DNA of 64,000 nt from Flavobacterium sp. (lineage in GTDB: Bacteria > Bacteroidota > Bacteroidia > Flavobacteriales > Flavobacteriaceae), in assembly GCA_965284675.1 (NCBI GenBank), contig OZ260109.1, forward strand, positions 3,257,167 to 3,321,166. Direction: 5' to 3'. The position numbers were made by a program, and so were the translations under genes. Positions 9,269 to 18,757 of the stretch are shown here, in pieces. The notes below the pieces were generated by a model. It saw nothing but the letters and a program-made list of their open reading frames with translations, was not told the origin of the DNA and searched no databases. The first letter of the stretch is position 1. Each line of letters begins with the position of its first letter.

Positions 9269-11461
9269 ATGATTCCACAATTATTTGTAGAAAGTATCGA
9301 TTTAGGTGATGGAAGAAGCATCACAATCGAGACAGGACGTTTGGCCAAACAAGCCGATGGTTCTGTAGTAGTAAGAATTGGAAAAACTGTTATTTTAGGA
9401 ACAGTGGTATCCGCAAGAAAAGCAAGTCCAGGTATCGATTTTTTACCGTTAACGGTAGATTATCGTGAAAAATTTGCTGCAGCAGGTCGTTTCCCTGGAG
9501 GTTTCTTTAAAAGAGAAGCTCGCCCTAGTGACAACGAAGTATTAACGATGAGATTAGTAGACCGTGTATTGCGTCCGCTTTTCCCAAGTGATTACCACGC
9601 AGAAGTTCAAGTGATGATTCAGTTAATGTCTCATGATGATGAAGTGATGCCGGATGCATTAGCAGGATTGGCCGCTTCGGCTGCTTTGGCTTTATCTGAC
9701 ATTCCTTTTGAAACCTTAATTTCGGAAGCACGAGTAGGAAGAATCGATGGTAAATTCATCATCAACCCATCTCGCGCTCAGTTAGAATTATCAGACATCG
9801 ACATGATGATTGGTGCTTCAACTGATTCTATCGCTATGGTAGAAGGTGAAATGAAAGAAATTTCAGAAGCTGAAATGGTAGAAGCCATCAAATTTGCACA
9901 CGAACATATTAAAGTACAAATTGCTGCTCAAGAACGTTTGGCTGTAGCTTTTGGAAAAAAAGAAGTACGTGAATACGAACAAGAAAAATCAGACGATGCA
10001 ATTTACGCGAAAGTAAAAGCAGCGGCTTATGATAAAATTTACGCTATTGCTAGCAAAGGTTCAGCGAAACACGAACGCTCAGCTGCATTTGACGCGGTTA
10101 AGGAAGAAGTAAAAGCATTATTTACCGAAGAAGAATTGGCAGAAAACGGAGATTTAGTTTCTAAATACTTCTACAAAACCAATAAAGAAGCGGTTCGTAA
10201 CGTAACCTTAGATTTAGGAACTCGTTTAGACGGAAGAAAAACTACAGAAATTCGCCCAATTTGGTGTGAAGTAGATTATTTACCATCGGTTCACGGTTCT
10301 GCATTGTTTACCCGTGGAGAAACTCAAGCTTTGGCAACAGCAACTTTAGGAACTTCTAGAGAAGCCAACCAAATTGATTCACCATCAGAACAAGGAGAAG
10401 AAAAATTCTACTTACACTATAATTTCCCACCATTTTCAACAGGAGAAGCTCGTCCGTTAAGAGGAACTTCAAGAAGAGAAGTAGGTCACGGAAACTTAGC
10501 GCAACGTGCGTTGAAAAACATGATTCCTGCTGAAAATCCATATACGATCCGAATTGTTTCTGAAGTATTGGAATCGAATGGTTCGTCTTCAATGGCAACC
10601 GTTTGTGCTGGAACCTTAGCTTTAATGGATGCTGGAGTTCAAATGATTCGTCCAGTTTCTGGAATTGCCATGGGATTGATTACAGACGGAGATCGTTTTG
10701 CCGTGTTGTCTGATATTTTAGGTGATGAAGATCATTTAGGAGATATGGATTTCAAGGTAACTGGAACTTCAGAAGGAATTACCGCTTGTCAAATGGACAT
10801 CAAAATCGACGGATTGAAATACGAAATCATGGAGCAAGCCTTGGCTCAAGCTCGTGACGGACGTTTACACATCTTAGGAAAATTAACTGAAACATTGGCT
10901 CAACCAAGAGCTGACGTAAAAGATCATTCTCCGAAAATCATCATGAGAACCATTCCAGGTGCTTTCATTGGCGCGTTAATCGGACCAGGTGGAAAGGTAA
11001 TTCAGGAATTACAAAAAGCTACGGGAACTACAATCGTAATTAACGAAGTAGATGAGCAAGGTGTTGTTGAAATTTTAGGTACAGATCCAGCTGGAATTGC
11101 AGCAGTATTGGCTAAAATCGATTCGATCATTTTCAAACCAACCATGGGCGAATCCTACGAAGTGAAAGTAATTAAAATGCTTGACTTTGGTGCGGTGGTA
11201 GAATATACGCAAGCGCCAGGAAACGAAGTATTGTTACACGTATCTGAATTAGCTTGGGAACGTACCGAAAATGTTTCTGATGTTGTGAAAATGGGCGATG
11301 TGTTTATGGTGAAATACTTAGGTGTTGATCCAAAAACAAGAAAAGAAAAAGTATCGAAAAAAGCTTTGATGCCAAGACCTCCAAGAGATGAGAATCGTCC
11401 ACCAAGAGACGAAAACCAAGCTCCAAGAGAAGGAAATAAAATTGCTCCCAAAGGAGAATAA
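9269..11461 (+). CDS. pnp: Polyribonucleotide nucleotidyltransferase (PNPase)
   Basis: [40 protein letters not shown], then KH (IGPGGKVI) and S1 domains. Confidence 0.97.
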   Translation: MIPQLFVESIDLGDGRSITIETGRLAKQADGSVVVRIGKTVILGTVVSARKASPGIDFLPLTVDYREKFAAAGRFPGGFFKREARPSDNEVLTMRLVDRVLRPLFPSDYHAEVQVMIQLMSHDDEVMPDALAGLAASAALALSDIPFETLISEARVGRIDGKFIINPSRAQLELSDIDMMIGASTDSIAMVEGEMKEISEAEMVEAIKFAHEHIKVQIAAQERLAVAFGKKEVREYEQEKSDDAIYAKVKAAAYDKIYAIASKGSAKHERSAAFDAVKEEVKALFTEEELAENGDLVSKYFYKTNKEAVRNVTLDLGTRLDGRKTTEIRPIWCEVDYLPSVHGSALFTRGETQALATATLGTSREANQIDSPSEQGEEKFYLHYNFPPFSTGEARPLRGTSRREVGHGNLAQRALKNMIPAENPYTIRIVSEVLESNGSSSMATVCAGTLALMDAGVQMIRPVSGIAMGLITDGDRFAVLSDILGDEDHLGDMDFKVTGTSEGITACQMDIKIDGLKYEIMEQALAQARDGRLHILGKLTETLAQPRADVKDHSPKIIMRTIPGAFIGALIGPGGKVIQELQKATGTTIVINEVDEQGVVEILGTDPAGIAAVLAKIDSIIFKPTMGESYEVKVIKMLDFGAVVEYTQAPGNEVLLHVSELAWERTENVSDVVKMGDVFMVKYLGVDPKTRKEKVSKKALMPRPPRDENRPPRDENQAPREGNKIAPKGE

Positions 11462-11481
11462 TAATTTTATAGTTTATAAAG

Positions 11482-11515
11482 AAACCCCAACTTAAGCAAT
11501 TGAGTTGGGGTTTTT
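11482..11515 (+). terminator. pnp terminator (copy 1 of a duplicated hairpin)
   Basis: AAACCCCAACTTAA-GCAA-TTGAGTTGGGGTTTT. Confidence 0.85.
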
Positions 11516-11588
11516 AATTTTATTTCGATTTCAAGGCAACCTTTTTAACTTTTTTTCAACTACTATATACAACCCAACAAAAACTGCT

Positions 11589-12878
11589 ATGAAAAAGAAA
11601 AATATTACGTTACTATTTGGCATGCTATTCCTTTTATTTGGAACAAACAGTTGCACCGATTTAGACGATAATGAGCCTGTCAATCTTACCCGAGAAACCA
11701 TCAAAAAAGATTCTGAGTTGTATAATTTATTGGAAGCGGTGGTGAATCGAGGAGATGACCCAATTGAAAACACGGTGTGTATTGATTTTATTTATCCGTT
11801 TAAATTATTCATTTACGATGCCAATTTAGTTCCGCAAGGTGAAGTAATTTTAGGAGGAGACGATCAGTTCAGTTCTTTTTTAGCCCAGTTACCCAGCAAT
11901 CAGTCCATAAGCATCAGCTATCCGATACAAACCACCTTACCCGACGGAACCATTTTTAGTGTTGACTCGGATGCCGAACTAAAAATTGCTATCGATTCGT
12001 GTTCAAGAGAAGATATTATTAGTTATTGTAGTGGTTTATTTGGTATACCACAAGGAAGTTGTGTTTGGGAAGTTCCTTATATTGAAGGAATAAACAACGA
12101 GTTTGCTGGAGCAACTTTCACAGCGGATGGAGCAGGAACCATAACGCTCCACCATCTCAATACCACTTATGACGGGACGTGGGTGTTTTTGTTTGTAAAT
12201 GATGAATTACACCTAAACATTAACCTTTCGGGAACTTCAGCAACGGTTCAAGACTGGAATTATAATTTTAAAGTCACCACATTTACTGGAGAATTATTTG
12301 AACTCCAAACACCAACAATCACACGAATACTAGTAAAAGATTGTTCGGGTTTACTGTCATACACTATCGGGCAAACCGGACCAACTGGCGGGATAATTGC
12401 CTATGACAAAGGGGAATTTACTCACGGATGGCGCTATATCGAAGTTGCACCCACTGATGCTGTAATTGAAGAATGGGGTTGCATGAGTGAATCGATTACC
12501 AACGCACTCTACGATCAAATTGGAACCGGATATCAAAATTCTGTAGCCATTTCGAACCATCACAATGAAATGATAAATTATTTTATAAATCCAAGTGTTT
12601 GTAGCGCTCTTAACAACGGAACTGTCTCGGCTAAAACAGCTCTGAATCAAATCATCGAGTTTAAAAAAGATTGGTGTATTCCTTCTCTAGACGAACTACA
12701 ATTAGTGTATGATAACCTTCACCTTGCCAATGTCGGTAATTTTGAAGCTGTAAGTTATTGGAGTTCATCGGAAGAAAGCACCTCAAAAGCCAAATGTATT
12801 AATTTCGGTACTGGCCAAAATATCAGCTTAGACAAAAATTCTGCTGCTGTAAAAACTAGATTAATTCGCTTTTTTTAA
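11589..12878 (+). CDS. Lipoprotein with C-terminal DUF1566/Lcl-like domain
   Basis: ATG 11589, lipobox GTNSC then TDLDD; C-terminal YTIGQTGPTGGIIAY...YIEVAP...DWCIPSLDEL...YWSSSE...RLIRFF matches the DUF1566 pattern. Confidence 0.75.
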   Translation: MKKKNITLLFGMLFLLFGTNSCTDLDDNEPVNLTRETIKKDSELYNLLEAVVNRGDDPIENTVCIDFIYPFKLFIYDANLVPQGEVILGGDDQFSSFLAQLPSNQSISISYPIQTTLPDGTIFSVDSDAELKIAIDSCSREDIISYCSGLFGIPQGSCVWEVPYIEGINNEFAGATFTADGAGTITLHHLNTTYDGTWVFLFVNDELHLNINLSGTSATVQDWNYNFKVTTFTGELFELQTPTITRILVKDCSGLLSYTIGQTGPTGGIIAYDKGEFTHGWRYIEVAPTDAVIEEWGCMSESITNALYDQIGTGYQNSVAISNHHNEMINYFINPSVCSALNNGTVSAKTALNQIIEFKKDWCIPSLDELQLVYDNLHLANVGNFEAVSYWSSSEESTSKAKCINFGTGQNISLDKNSAAVKTRLIRFF

Positions 12879-12890
12879 CATCCCATTCAT

Positions 12891-13439
12891 TTGAATTTAC
12901 AGGAAATAATAGAAGGTTGTATCAAAAATAATCGAACGCACCAAAAAGCGCTCTACACACACTATGAAAAAATCTTGTTCAATCTGAGTTTGAAATATTG
13001 CGCCAACAGTCAAGAAGCTGAAGATAATCTACACGATACTTTTATTGAAATCTATTCCAATATAAAAAAATTTAAAGGTAATGGCTCTTTTGAAGGCTGG
13101 ATGAAAAAAATTGCAATCCACAAAGCCATTTCGAAATTTAAATCATCCCTACCAAACAAGCCATTAGATACCATTATCTATCCGGTTTTAGATGATGAAA
13201 TTGAACTAGATTCTGAAGGATGTACTTTGGATTTTCTACTTAAATTAATACAAGAATTGCCCAATCAATATCGCCTTGTATTCAATTTATACGAATTAGA
13301 CGATTATTCGCACAAAGATATCTCACAGCTATTAGGTATATCCGAAGGAACCTCAAAATCAAATTTACACAAAGCCAAATTGATTTTAAAAAATAAGATA
13401 AACGAAGCCACACCCAGAAAACTCAAAAATGGAATCTAA
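12891..13439 (+). CDS. ECF RNA polymerase sigma factor
   Basis: QKALYTHY, EAEDNLHD, SFEGWMKKIA (region 2); LPNQYRLVFNLY..YSHKDISQLLGISEGTSKSNLHKAK (region 4.2). Confidence 0.92.
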   Translation: MNLQEIIEGCIKNNRTHQKALYTHYEKILFNLSLKYCANSQEAEDNLHDTFIEIYSNIKKFKGNGSFEGWMKKIAIHKAISKFKSSLPNKPLDTIIYPVLDDEIELDSEGCTLDFLLKLIQELPNQYRLVFNLYELDDYSHKDISQLLGISEGTSKSNLHKAKLILKNKINEATPRKLKNGI

Positions 13440-14862
13440 AAAAAACATAGGAAAGTTGTTTAGAGAAAATCTAGAGCAATTAGATTATACTCCATCCACC
13501 AAGGTTTGGGAGCAAATCGAGTTGGATTTAGAGAAGAAAGAACGAAAAAGAAGATTTTTTCTTTGGTTCTTTTTTGGAGCTATTTTGTGTGGACTTCTGG
13601 TTGGCGGTGGTTATGCATTTTTAAGTGATACTACTACATTCATTACTAAAGAGGTTAAAGAAAATAGTTTGTCAACTGGAAAAACAAAAAGTGATTCCAT
13701 GTTTGTAACTCAAGATGAAGAAGACAAAAACAATCCTTTAAAAAAATCAATTGTAGACGGCAATTCTGAGGTAACCTCTGTAGAACAGAACCCTCAAACC
13801 CACTCCTCGGAACAAAAAAACTCTACTAATTCTTTGGGCAAACAACAAAAAACCACTTCGAACAAAATACAAACCAATTTAAAAAATAAAACAGCAGCCT
13901 ACAAAAAGAAACTATCATCCAAAAATGAAGATACTGTTGAATTGTCTAGTTCTTATGTGAAAAATCAAAGAGAATCATCCCAAACCAACTCTGAATCAAC
14001 GAAAGAGAGCACCATTAACAAATTAATTGATACCGAAAATAATATAGGTAACCCAAACAGCGATGTTCTTGATGAAGTGGTAAAAAAGTCTGCAATTGAT
14101 TCACTGATTGCGACTACAAATGATGTTACAAAAAACAAAGAAATAGACACCGAAGAAAAAGATTCATTACCACTTAAAAAAACCGAAATCGAAACCAAAG
14201 AAAAAGATGATGAAATAGTAATTGCACCCTATTACGGACTAAACTACGGTAGCTATTTTGGTGAATTTAACGCCCTATCAAACAATCGAATCCTTCAAAA
14301 AAACACCGAAACAAACTCTGCCTATGGCATTTTAATTCGATGGATGTTGGGCAATAAATTAGGAATTCAGACCGGAGTTGGAAAAATAAACAGTCGTTAC
14401 AGCACAACCGTTGAAAAAACGGGACCATCGTTCGTCAACAACCAGAATGTGGCAACTGAACCATCCGTAAACGAATTGAACACTATGTTCGCAAACGAAA
14501 CCAAAGTAAAATTAACCCTAGAAAGCACATACATTGAAGTTCCTCTCGAAGCTTATTTTGTACTTAGAGATAAAAAACTTGGCTTGGCAACAACTTTCGG
14601 TTTAAGCATACTGCTTGAAGATAAAAATAGTGTTTTCGCCGAATCTGAGTTCGTTCAAAAAATGAGGATCGGAACCCTAACCACTCTTGCTCCTACAAGT
14701 GCAACCCTAAATGCGAAAGTGAATTTATTTTATAAAATCACACCTTCGCTTCAAGTAGATCTTTATCCAACTTTTCAATACCAAGTTATGGGTCACACCG
14801 ATTCATCCAACTATTCCAACTTCTTCTTATCGGTAAGAACAGGTTTGAGTTACAAATTTTAG
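13429..14862 (+). CDS. Putative dual-membrane-spanning anti-sigma factor: N-terminal anti-sigma domain, TM helix, disordered linker, C-terminal OM beta-barrel
   Basis: Overlaps the ECF stop. aa 1-42 helical (TPSTKVWEQIELDL), KKERKRR then a hydrophobic helix at 43-65, an ~195-aa S/T/K/E/N linker, then alternating strands ending GLSYKF. Confidence 0.75.
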   Translation: MESKKNIGKLFRENLEQLDYTPSTKVWEQIELDLEKKERKRRFFLWFFFGAILCGLLVGGGYAFLSDTTTFITKEVKENSLSTGKTKSDSMFVTQDEEDKNNPLKKSIVDGNSEVTSVEQNPQTHSSEQKNSTNSLGKQQKTTSNKIQTNLKNKTAAYKKKLSSKNEDTVELSSSYVKNQRESSQTNSESTKESTINKLIDTENNIGNPNSDVLDEVVKKSAIDSLIATTNDVTKNKEIDTEEKDSLPLKKTEIETKEKDDEIVIAPYYGLNYGSYFGEFNALSNNRILQKNTETNSAYGILIRWMLGNKLGIQTGVGKINSRYSTTVEKTGPSFVNNQNVATEPSVNELNTMFANETKVKLTLESTYIEVPLEAYFVLRDKKLGLATTFGLSILLEDKNSVFAESEFVQKMRIGTLTTLAPTSATLNAKVNLFYKITPSLQVDLYPTFQYQVMGHTDSSNYSNFFLSVRTGLSYKF

Positions 14863-14884
14863 GTTAGTTATTTTTGTTAGTTAA

Positions 14885-14917
14885 TCACCAACTTGAGCAA
14901 TTGAGTTGGTTTTTTAT
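14885..14917. terminator. Terminator between convergent genes (copy 2 of the duplicated hairpin)
   Basis: ACCAACTTGA-GCAA-TTGAGTTGGT followed by a T tract; 21/22 identical to 11487-11508. Confidence 0.75.
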
Positions 14918-14931
14918 TTCATTTCCATTTA

Positions 14932-15546
14932 CTAAAAATTCCAACTTCCTGACACACCAAAATTTATTGAAGAAGCACCAAAATTTTCCTCCGATTTAGA
15001 ATTAAACAAACCATAAGGAGCATACTGATAATTACAATGCACGCCAAAACCATGCACCATAACCTTTATTCCTTGAGAAAGCGCGATGGTACTAAGAGTC
15101 GGTTTTAAATCTATTTCATCAAAAGAATCTTCATCAGGTTTACTGTAATGTAAGTATTTCCAACCGATGCCCGAATTCGATTCAATGTGAAAATTTTCGT
15201 TTTTGGAACGATACAAAAATCGCGTATACCTCAAGCCTAGCAAAAAGGCAGATTTACTTCCGTCCAATAAAATCGTCCCATCATTGAACTCATACTCGAC
15301 CGCTCGACCTTTTACTATTCCGCTTAACTCAGCTCCAAAATCTATAAACTGACGCTTTGCAATTTTGGTTCTCATGTAAAATGCAGTGGTAATCGAGCTT
15401 TCATATTTGTCAGATAGTTGCCCTAGCGGAATTCCAAAACTGACTTCGACTATATTCCTTTTATACAAGTCAATTTTTGGATAAACGATGGTGTCTTGTG
15501 CATTCATTTGAAATGCAATCAAAACCATAAAATAGATTTTATTCAT
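14932..15546 (-). CDS. Hypothetical small outer-membrane beta-barrel protein
   Basis: Short signal peptide (..QMNA/QD), amphipathic strands, C-terminal FGVSGSWNF. Confidence 0.6.
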   Translation of the reverse strand: MNKIYFMVLIAFQMNAQDTIVYPKIDLYKRNIVEVSFGIPLGQLSDKYESSITTAFYMRTKIAKRQFIDFGAELSGIVKGRAVEYEFNDGTILLDGSKSAFLLGLRYTRFLYRSKNENFHIESNSGIGWKYLHYSKPDEDSFDEIDLKPTLSTIALSQGIKVMVHGFGVHCNYQYAPYGLFNSKSEENFGASSINFGVSGSWNF

Positions 15547-16144
15547 TTTTTAAAAGTTTAAATTTATATTCCGATCCACCGGAACTTCCTCCTCCGAAGA
15601 GCAATACCATTCCTTCATTAACACAGTCATTTGCAACAATCAGTTCTCCGTCAGAAGGAAAATAAATCGTGTATTTAGACATTTCTTTTCTAATAAAAAG
15701 TATGGGAAAAGTGACCGTCTCATAGTTCGTATAGAAAACAAATTTTTTCCGATAGAGCTTTCCATAAAATTGTAATACATACTGTTGTTTGTCTGTAGTT
15801 TTAAATTTTAAAAACAGCTTGTCTTCCTTAATTTCAATCTGAATTGGTTCCGAATAGTTGATAGCATTAACATCCGAAAGGTCTTTAAGAAAACCTTTGG
15901 TATAAATCCGTATATCATTTCCGTACCTAATCGTGTCTAAATTATCATAAAAACGAGCGGAAAACTGTTTGGGAATACGCTTAAAGTCATCTTTGTTCAT
16001 TTCATTTTGAACACTACAGGATGTGAATACCATCAAAAGAAAGTAACTCCAATTTTTCTTGAACAACAGTTTCCAAACAATGAAATGTTTTTTTGGGTCT
16101 TGTAGCACAACTTTTTCTAAAAATTCTTTGCTTATTTTTTTCAT
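15539..16144 (-). CDS. Hypothetical lipoprotein (true start may be an internal TTG giving MFKKNWSYFLLMVFTSC)
   Basis: 201-aa ORF with lipobox VFTSC at about aa 43; overlaps the next gene's start. Confidence 0.55.
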   Translation of the reverse strand: MKKISKEFLEKVVLQDPKKHFIVWKLLFKKNWSYFLLMVFTSCSVQNEMNKDDFKRIPKQFSARFYDNLDTIRYGNDIRIYTKGFLKDLSDVNAINYSEPIQIEIKEDKLFLKFKTTDKQQYVLQFYGKLYRKKFVFYTNYETVTFPILFIRKEMSKYTIYFPSDGELIVANDCVNEGMVLLFGGGSSGGSEYKFKLLKNE

Positions 16145-16213
16145 AATCTTTAAATTTATTGAGTCAAATTTATTTTGTTTTTCACAAATGATATTGTGTT
16201 AAATACTAATTCG

Positions 16214-16241
16214 TACATTTGTATTTGCGAATTTCACAAAT
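16214..16241 (+). promoter_or_regulatory. -7 promoter box and palindromic operator of the BetR-like gene
   Basis: TACATTTG at 16214-16221, then ATTTGCGAA-T-TTCACAAAT (8/9 inverted repeat) ending just before ATG 16243. Confidence 0.6.
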
Positions 16242-16242
16242 T

Positions 16243-17202
16243 ATGACTCCACAAGAACTCTTATTAAAGCACATAAGAACTCAACTTTCTACGTCAACTT
16301 CTTTGAATGAGGTTATCGCTGATGTGCTGAACATCAGTTATGATGCGGCTCACCGACGTGTTTCCCTAAAAAGTAAGTTCTCCATTGAAGAAACGGTTAC
16401 ATTGTGTAATCATTACAAATTATCAATGGATACACTTTTTAGCAACAAAACCAAAGTAGTGTTCGATAAAACCAAAGCAGTTGAATCGCTTGATGATCTC
16501 GTTTTGTATTTTAAAGATTCAATGGAACATCTGAAGGAATTCAAAAACACCAATGCCACCATGTACTATTCCGCAAAGGACATTCCGCTTTTTTACACCA
16601 TTGGCGGTACGTTATTATCGAAATTCAAATTGTATGTTTGGCTGAATCTGTTGATAGGAAAAGAGAATATTTCAGCGTTTGAATCGTTTCATCTCACCCA
16701 ACAATTACAAGAATACACCTCCGAACTTCAGGCTATTTACAACGACGTTTCGGTGCACGAAATTTGGAATGACACCACCATCAATAGCACTATTCAGCAG
16801 ATATTTTACTTTTTTGAATCGGGTTTGCTAAAGCAAGAAAATGCGATTCTTTTGTATGATGATGTAAAAAAAATCATGACCGATTTGGGAAAAAAAAGCA
16901 GTAGTAATCCATCTAACTATCATTTGTACTTTAATGAATTATTGATCTTGAACAACAATGTGCACATTTCAAATTCCGAAAAACAAAAGTTGTTCATTCC
17001 GTATACAATGCTAGGTTATTTGATTACTGACGATGTTACAACCACACAAAATGCCTCTGATTATTTTGTTTACCAGCTCAAAAATTCTAAATCACTGAAC
17101 CTATCTGGAACCAGAGATCGAAAATTATTCATCAATAAAGCCATTCAAAAAATAGAGTATTACACCCAACGTGTCATCAATCATATTTCGATCGACATAT
17201 AA
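16243..17202 (+). CDS. BetR/XRE-like HTH transcriptional regulator with a large C-terminal domain
   Basis: IADVLNISYDAAHRRVSLKSKFSIEETVTLCNHYKLSMD helix-turn-helix; C-terminal YYSAKDIPLFY and SVHEIWNDTTI as in the Bacteroidota BetR-domain family. Confidence 0.75.
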   Translation: MTPQELLLKHIRTQLSTSTSLNEVIADVLNISYDAAHRRVSLKSKFSIEETVTLCNHYKLSMDTLFSNKTKVVFDKTKAVESLDDLVLYFKDSMEHLKEFKNTNATMYYSAKDIPLFYTIGGTLLSKFKLYVWLNLLIGKENISAFESFHLTQQLQEYTSELQAIYNDVSVHEIWNDTTINSTIQQIFYFFESGLLKQENAILLYDDVKKIMTDLGKKSSSNPSNYHLYFNELLILNNNVHISNSEKQKLFIPYTMLGYLITDDVTTTQNASDYFVYQLKNSKSLNLSGTRDRKLFINKAIQKIEYYTQRVINHISIDI

Positions 17203-17280
17203 TTTTTACCATTTTGTAACTTTTTCGTAACTCACTACGTATAACTACCTGAACACTTTAAAGTAAAGGAGAAAAATTAC

Positions 17281-18144
17281 ATGAGACAGCTCAAAATCAC
17301 CAAGCAGGTAACTAACCGTGAAACTGCATCCTTAGACAAATACCTACAAGAAATTGGAAAAGTTGACCTTATCACTGCTGATGAAGAAGTGGAATTGGCA
17401 CAACGCATCAAAGCAGGTGATCAACGCGCTTTAGAAAAGTTGACCAAAGCTAATCTCCGTTTCGTGGTTTCGGTGGCAAAACAATACCAAAACCAAGGGT
17501 TGACATTGCCTGATTTAATTAATGAAGGAAACTTAGGTTTGATTAAAGCGGCCCAACGTTTTGATGAAACACGTGGTTTTAAATTCATTTCGTATGCCGT
17601 TTGGTGGATTCGTCAATCGATTCTTCAAGCTTTGGCTGAACAATCTCGTATCGTTCGTTTACCGTTAAACAAAATTGGTTCGATCAATAAAATCAACAAG
17701 ATGTACGCTTTATTAGAGCAATCTAACGAACGTCCACCTTCTGCTGAAGAAATTGCAAAAGAACTAGACATGACCGTAAATGACGTAAAAGAGTCGATGA
17801 AGAACTCGGGTCGTCACTTATCCATGGACGCGCCACTTGTAGAAGGTGAAGATTCTAACTTATACGACGTTTTACGTTCAGGTGAATCTCCAAATCCAGA
17901 CAGAGAGTTGATTCACGAATCATTACGTACCGAAATTGAGCGTTCATTAGAAACCCTAACTCCAAGAGAAGCCGACGTAGTTCGTTTGTACTTTGGCTTA
18001 GGCGATCAACATCCAATGACATTAGAAGAAATTGGCGAAACATTTGACTTAACGCGTGAGCGTGTGCGTCAAATTAAAGAAAAAGCAATCCGAAGATTAA
18101 AACATACCTCAAGAAGTAAAATCTTGAAAACATATTTAGGCTAG
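17281..18144 (+). CDS. rpoD: Primary sigma-70 factor (Bacteroidota type, no region 1.1)
   Basis: [82 protein letters not shown]; 287 aa. Confidence 0.93.
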   Translation: MRQLKITKQVTNRETASLDKYLQEIGKVDLITADEEVELAQRIKAGDQRALEKLTKANLRFVVSVAKQYQNQGLTLPDLINEGNLGLIKAAQRFDETRGFKFISYAVWWIRQSILQALAEQSRIVRLPLNKIGSINKINKMYALLEQSNERPPSAEEIAKELDMTVNDVKESMKNSGRHLSMDAPLVEGEDSNLYDVLRSGESPNPDRELIHESLRTEIERSLETLTPREADVVRLYFGLGDQHPMTLEEIGETFDLTRERVRQIKEKAIRRLKHTSRSKILKTYLG

Positions 18145-18178
18145 TCCTATAATCGCAACAACAGTTTCAAAACTGTTC

Positions 18179-18500
18179 GTTTTTTGATTGATGATTGAAA
18201 CTCCGGCTGATTACCGGAGTTTTGCTTTTTTAGGGGAAGCAAAACCCGGTCTGTTCGCTTCGCTCGGGTATCCGGAGTTTTGCTTTTATATCATCAACCA
18301 AAAAACGTTTTTTGATTGCTCCGCTTAAGCTCCGCCTGTTCGTCTCGCTAAAAAGCGAGCCTCGAGTGATGATTGAAAATCCGGTCTGTTCGCTTCGCTC
18401 GGATTTAGCTTCCCTCAGTTCGCCCTTCGGTCTCGTGTCCGGAGTTTTGCTTTTTAATCTGAACTTGTTTGCTTCGCCTGTTCGCTTCGCTCGAGTCAGA
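18179..18500. repeat. Triplicated rpoD terminator carrying REP-like GTTCGCTTCGCTCG insertions
   Basis: CCGGAGTTTTGCTTTT three times (~18215, ~18272, ~18440); CCGGTCTGTTCGCTTCGCTCGG twice (~18246, ~18381); TTGCTTCGCCTGTTCGCTTCGCTCG at ~18471. Confidence 0.8.
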
Positions 18501-18515
18501 TTCTATTAAACTGTT

Positions 18516-18615
18516 TGGGCGTGTCCTTTCAGGCCGGGCTATTCGCTGTATCTTTTGCTTCTCTCGTTCCAAAAAACGAGATACGCAAAAGGATGCCGCT
18601 CCTATCCTTCACGCA
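18516..18615 (-). repeat. Flavobacterium-type dispersed miniature repeat (GGGCGTG...GGGCT...CTATCC..ACGCA)
   Basis: Internal hairpin CTCGTT-CCAAA-AACGAG; its reverse complement shares a core with 31089-31112 and a left arm with 42207-42235. Confidence 0.65.
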
Positions 18616-18644
18616 AACCAGCAATAATTAGCCATTTATTTTTC

Positions 18645-18755
18645 TTTGCGAACTTTGCGACAAACCTTTGCGCTCTTTGCGGTTAAAATTTTACCTTTGC
18701 CAAAACAACACTAACTCATTTCAGCAACATCAGATACTGAAATAAATTCAGCATA
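18645..18755. repeat. CTTTGCG tandem repeat plus a GCTGAA..TTCAG half-element before rpe
   Basis: CTTTGCG four times at 18645-18690; ACTGAAATAAATTCAGCAT resembles the reverse complement of GCTGAACTTGTTTCAG at 6954-6969. Confidence 0.55.
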
Positions 18756-18757
18756 AA

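Noticed and set aside
18312-18509. 65-aa ORF between rpoD and rpe
   Set aside because: It consists entirely of the repeat and terminator array; no protein-like features.
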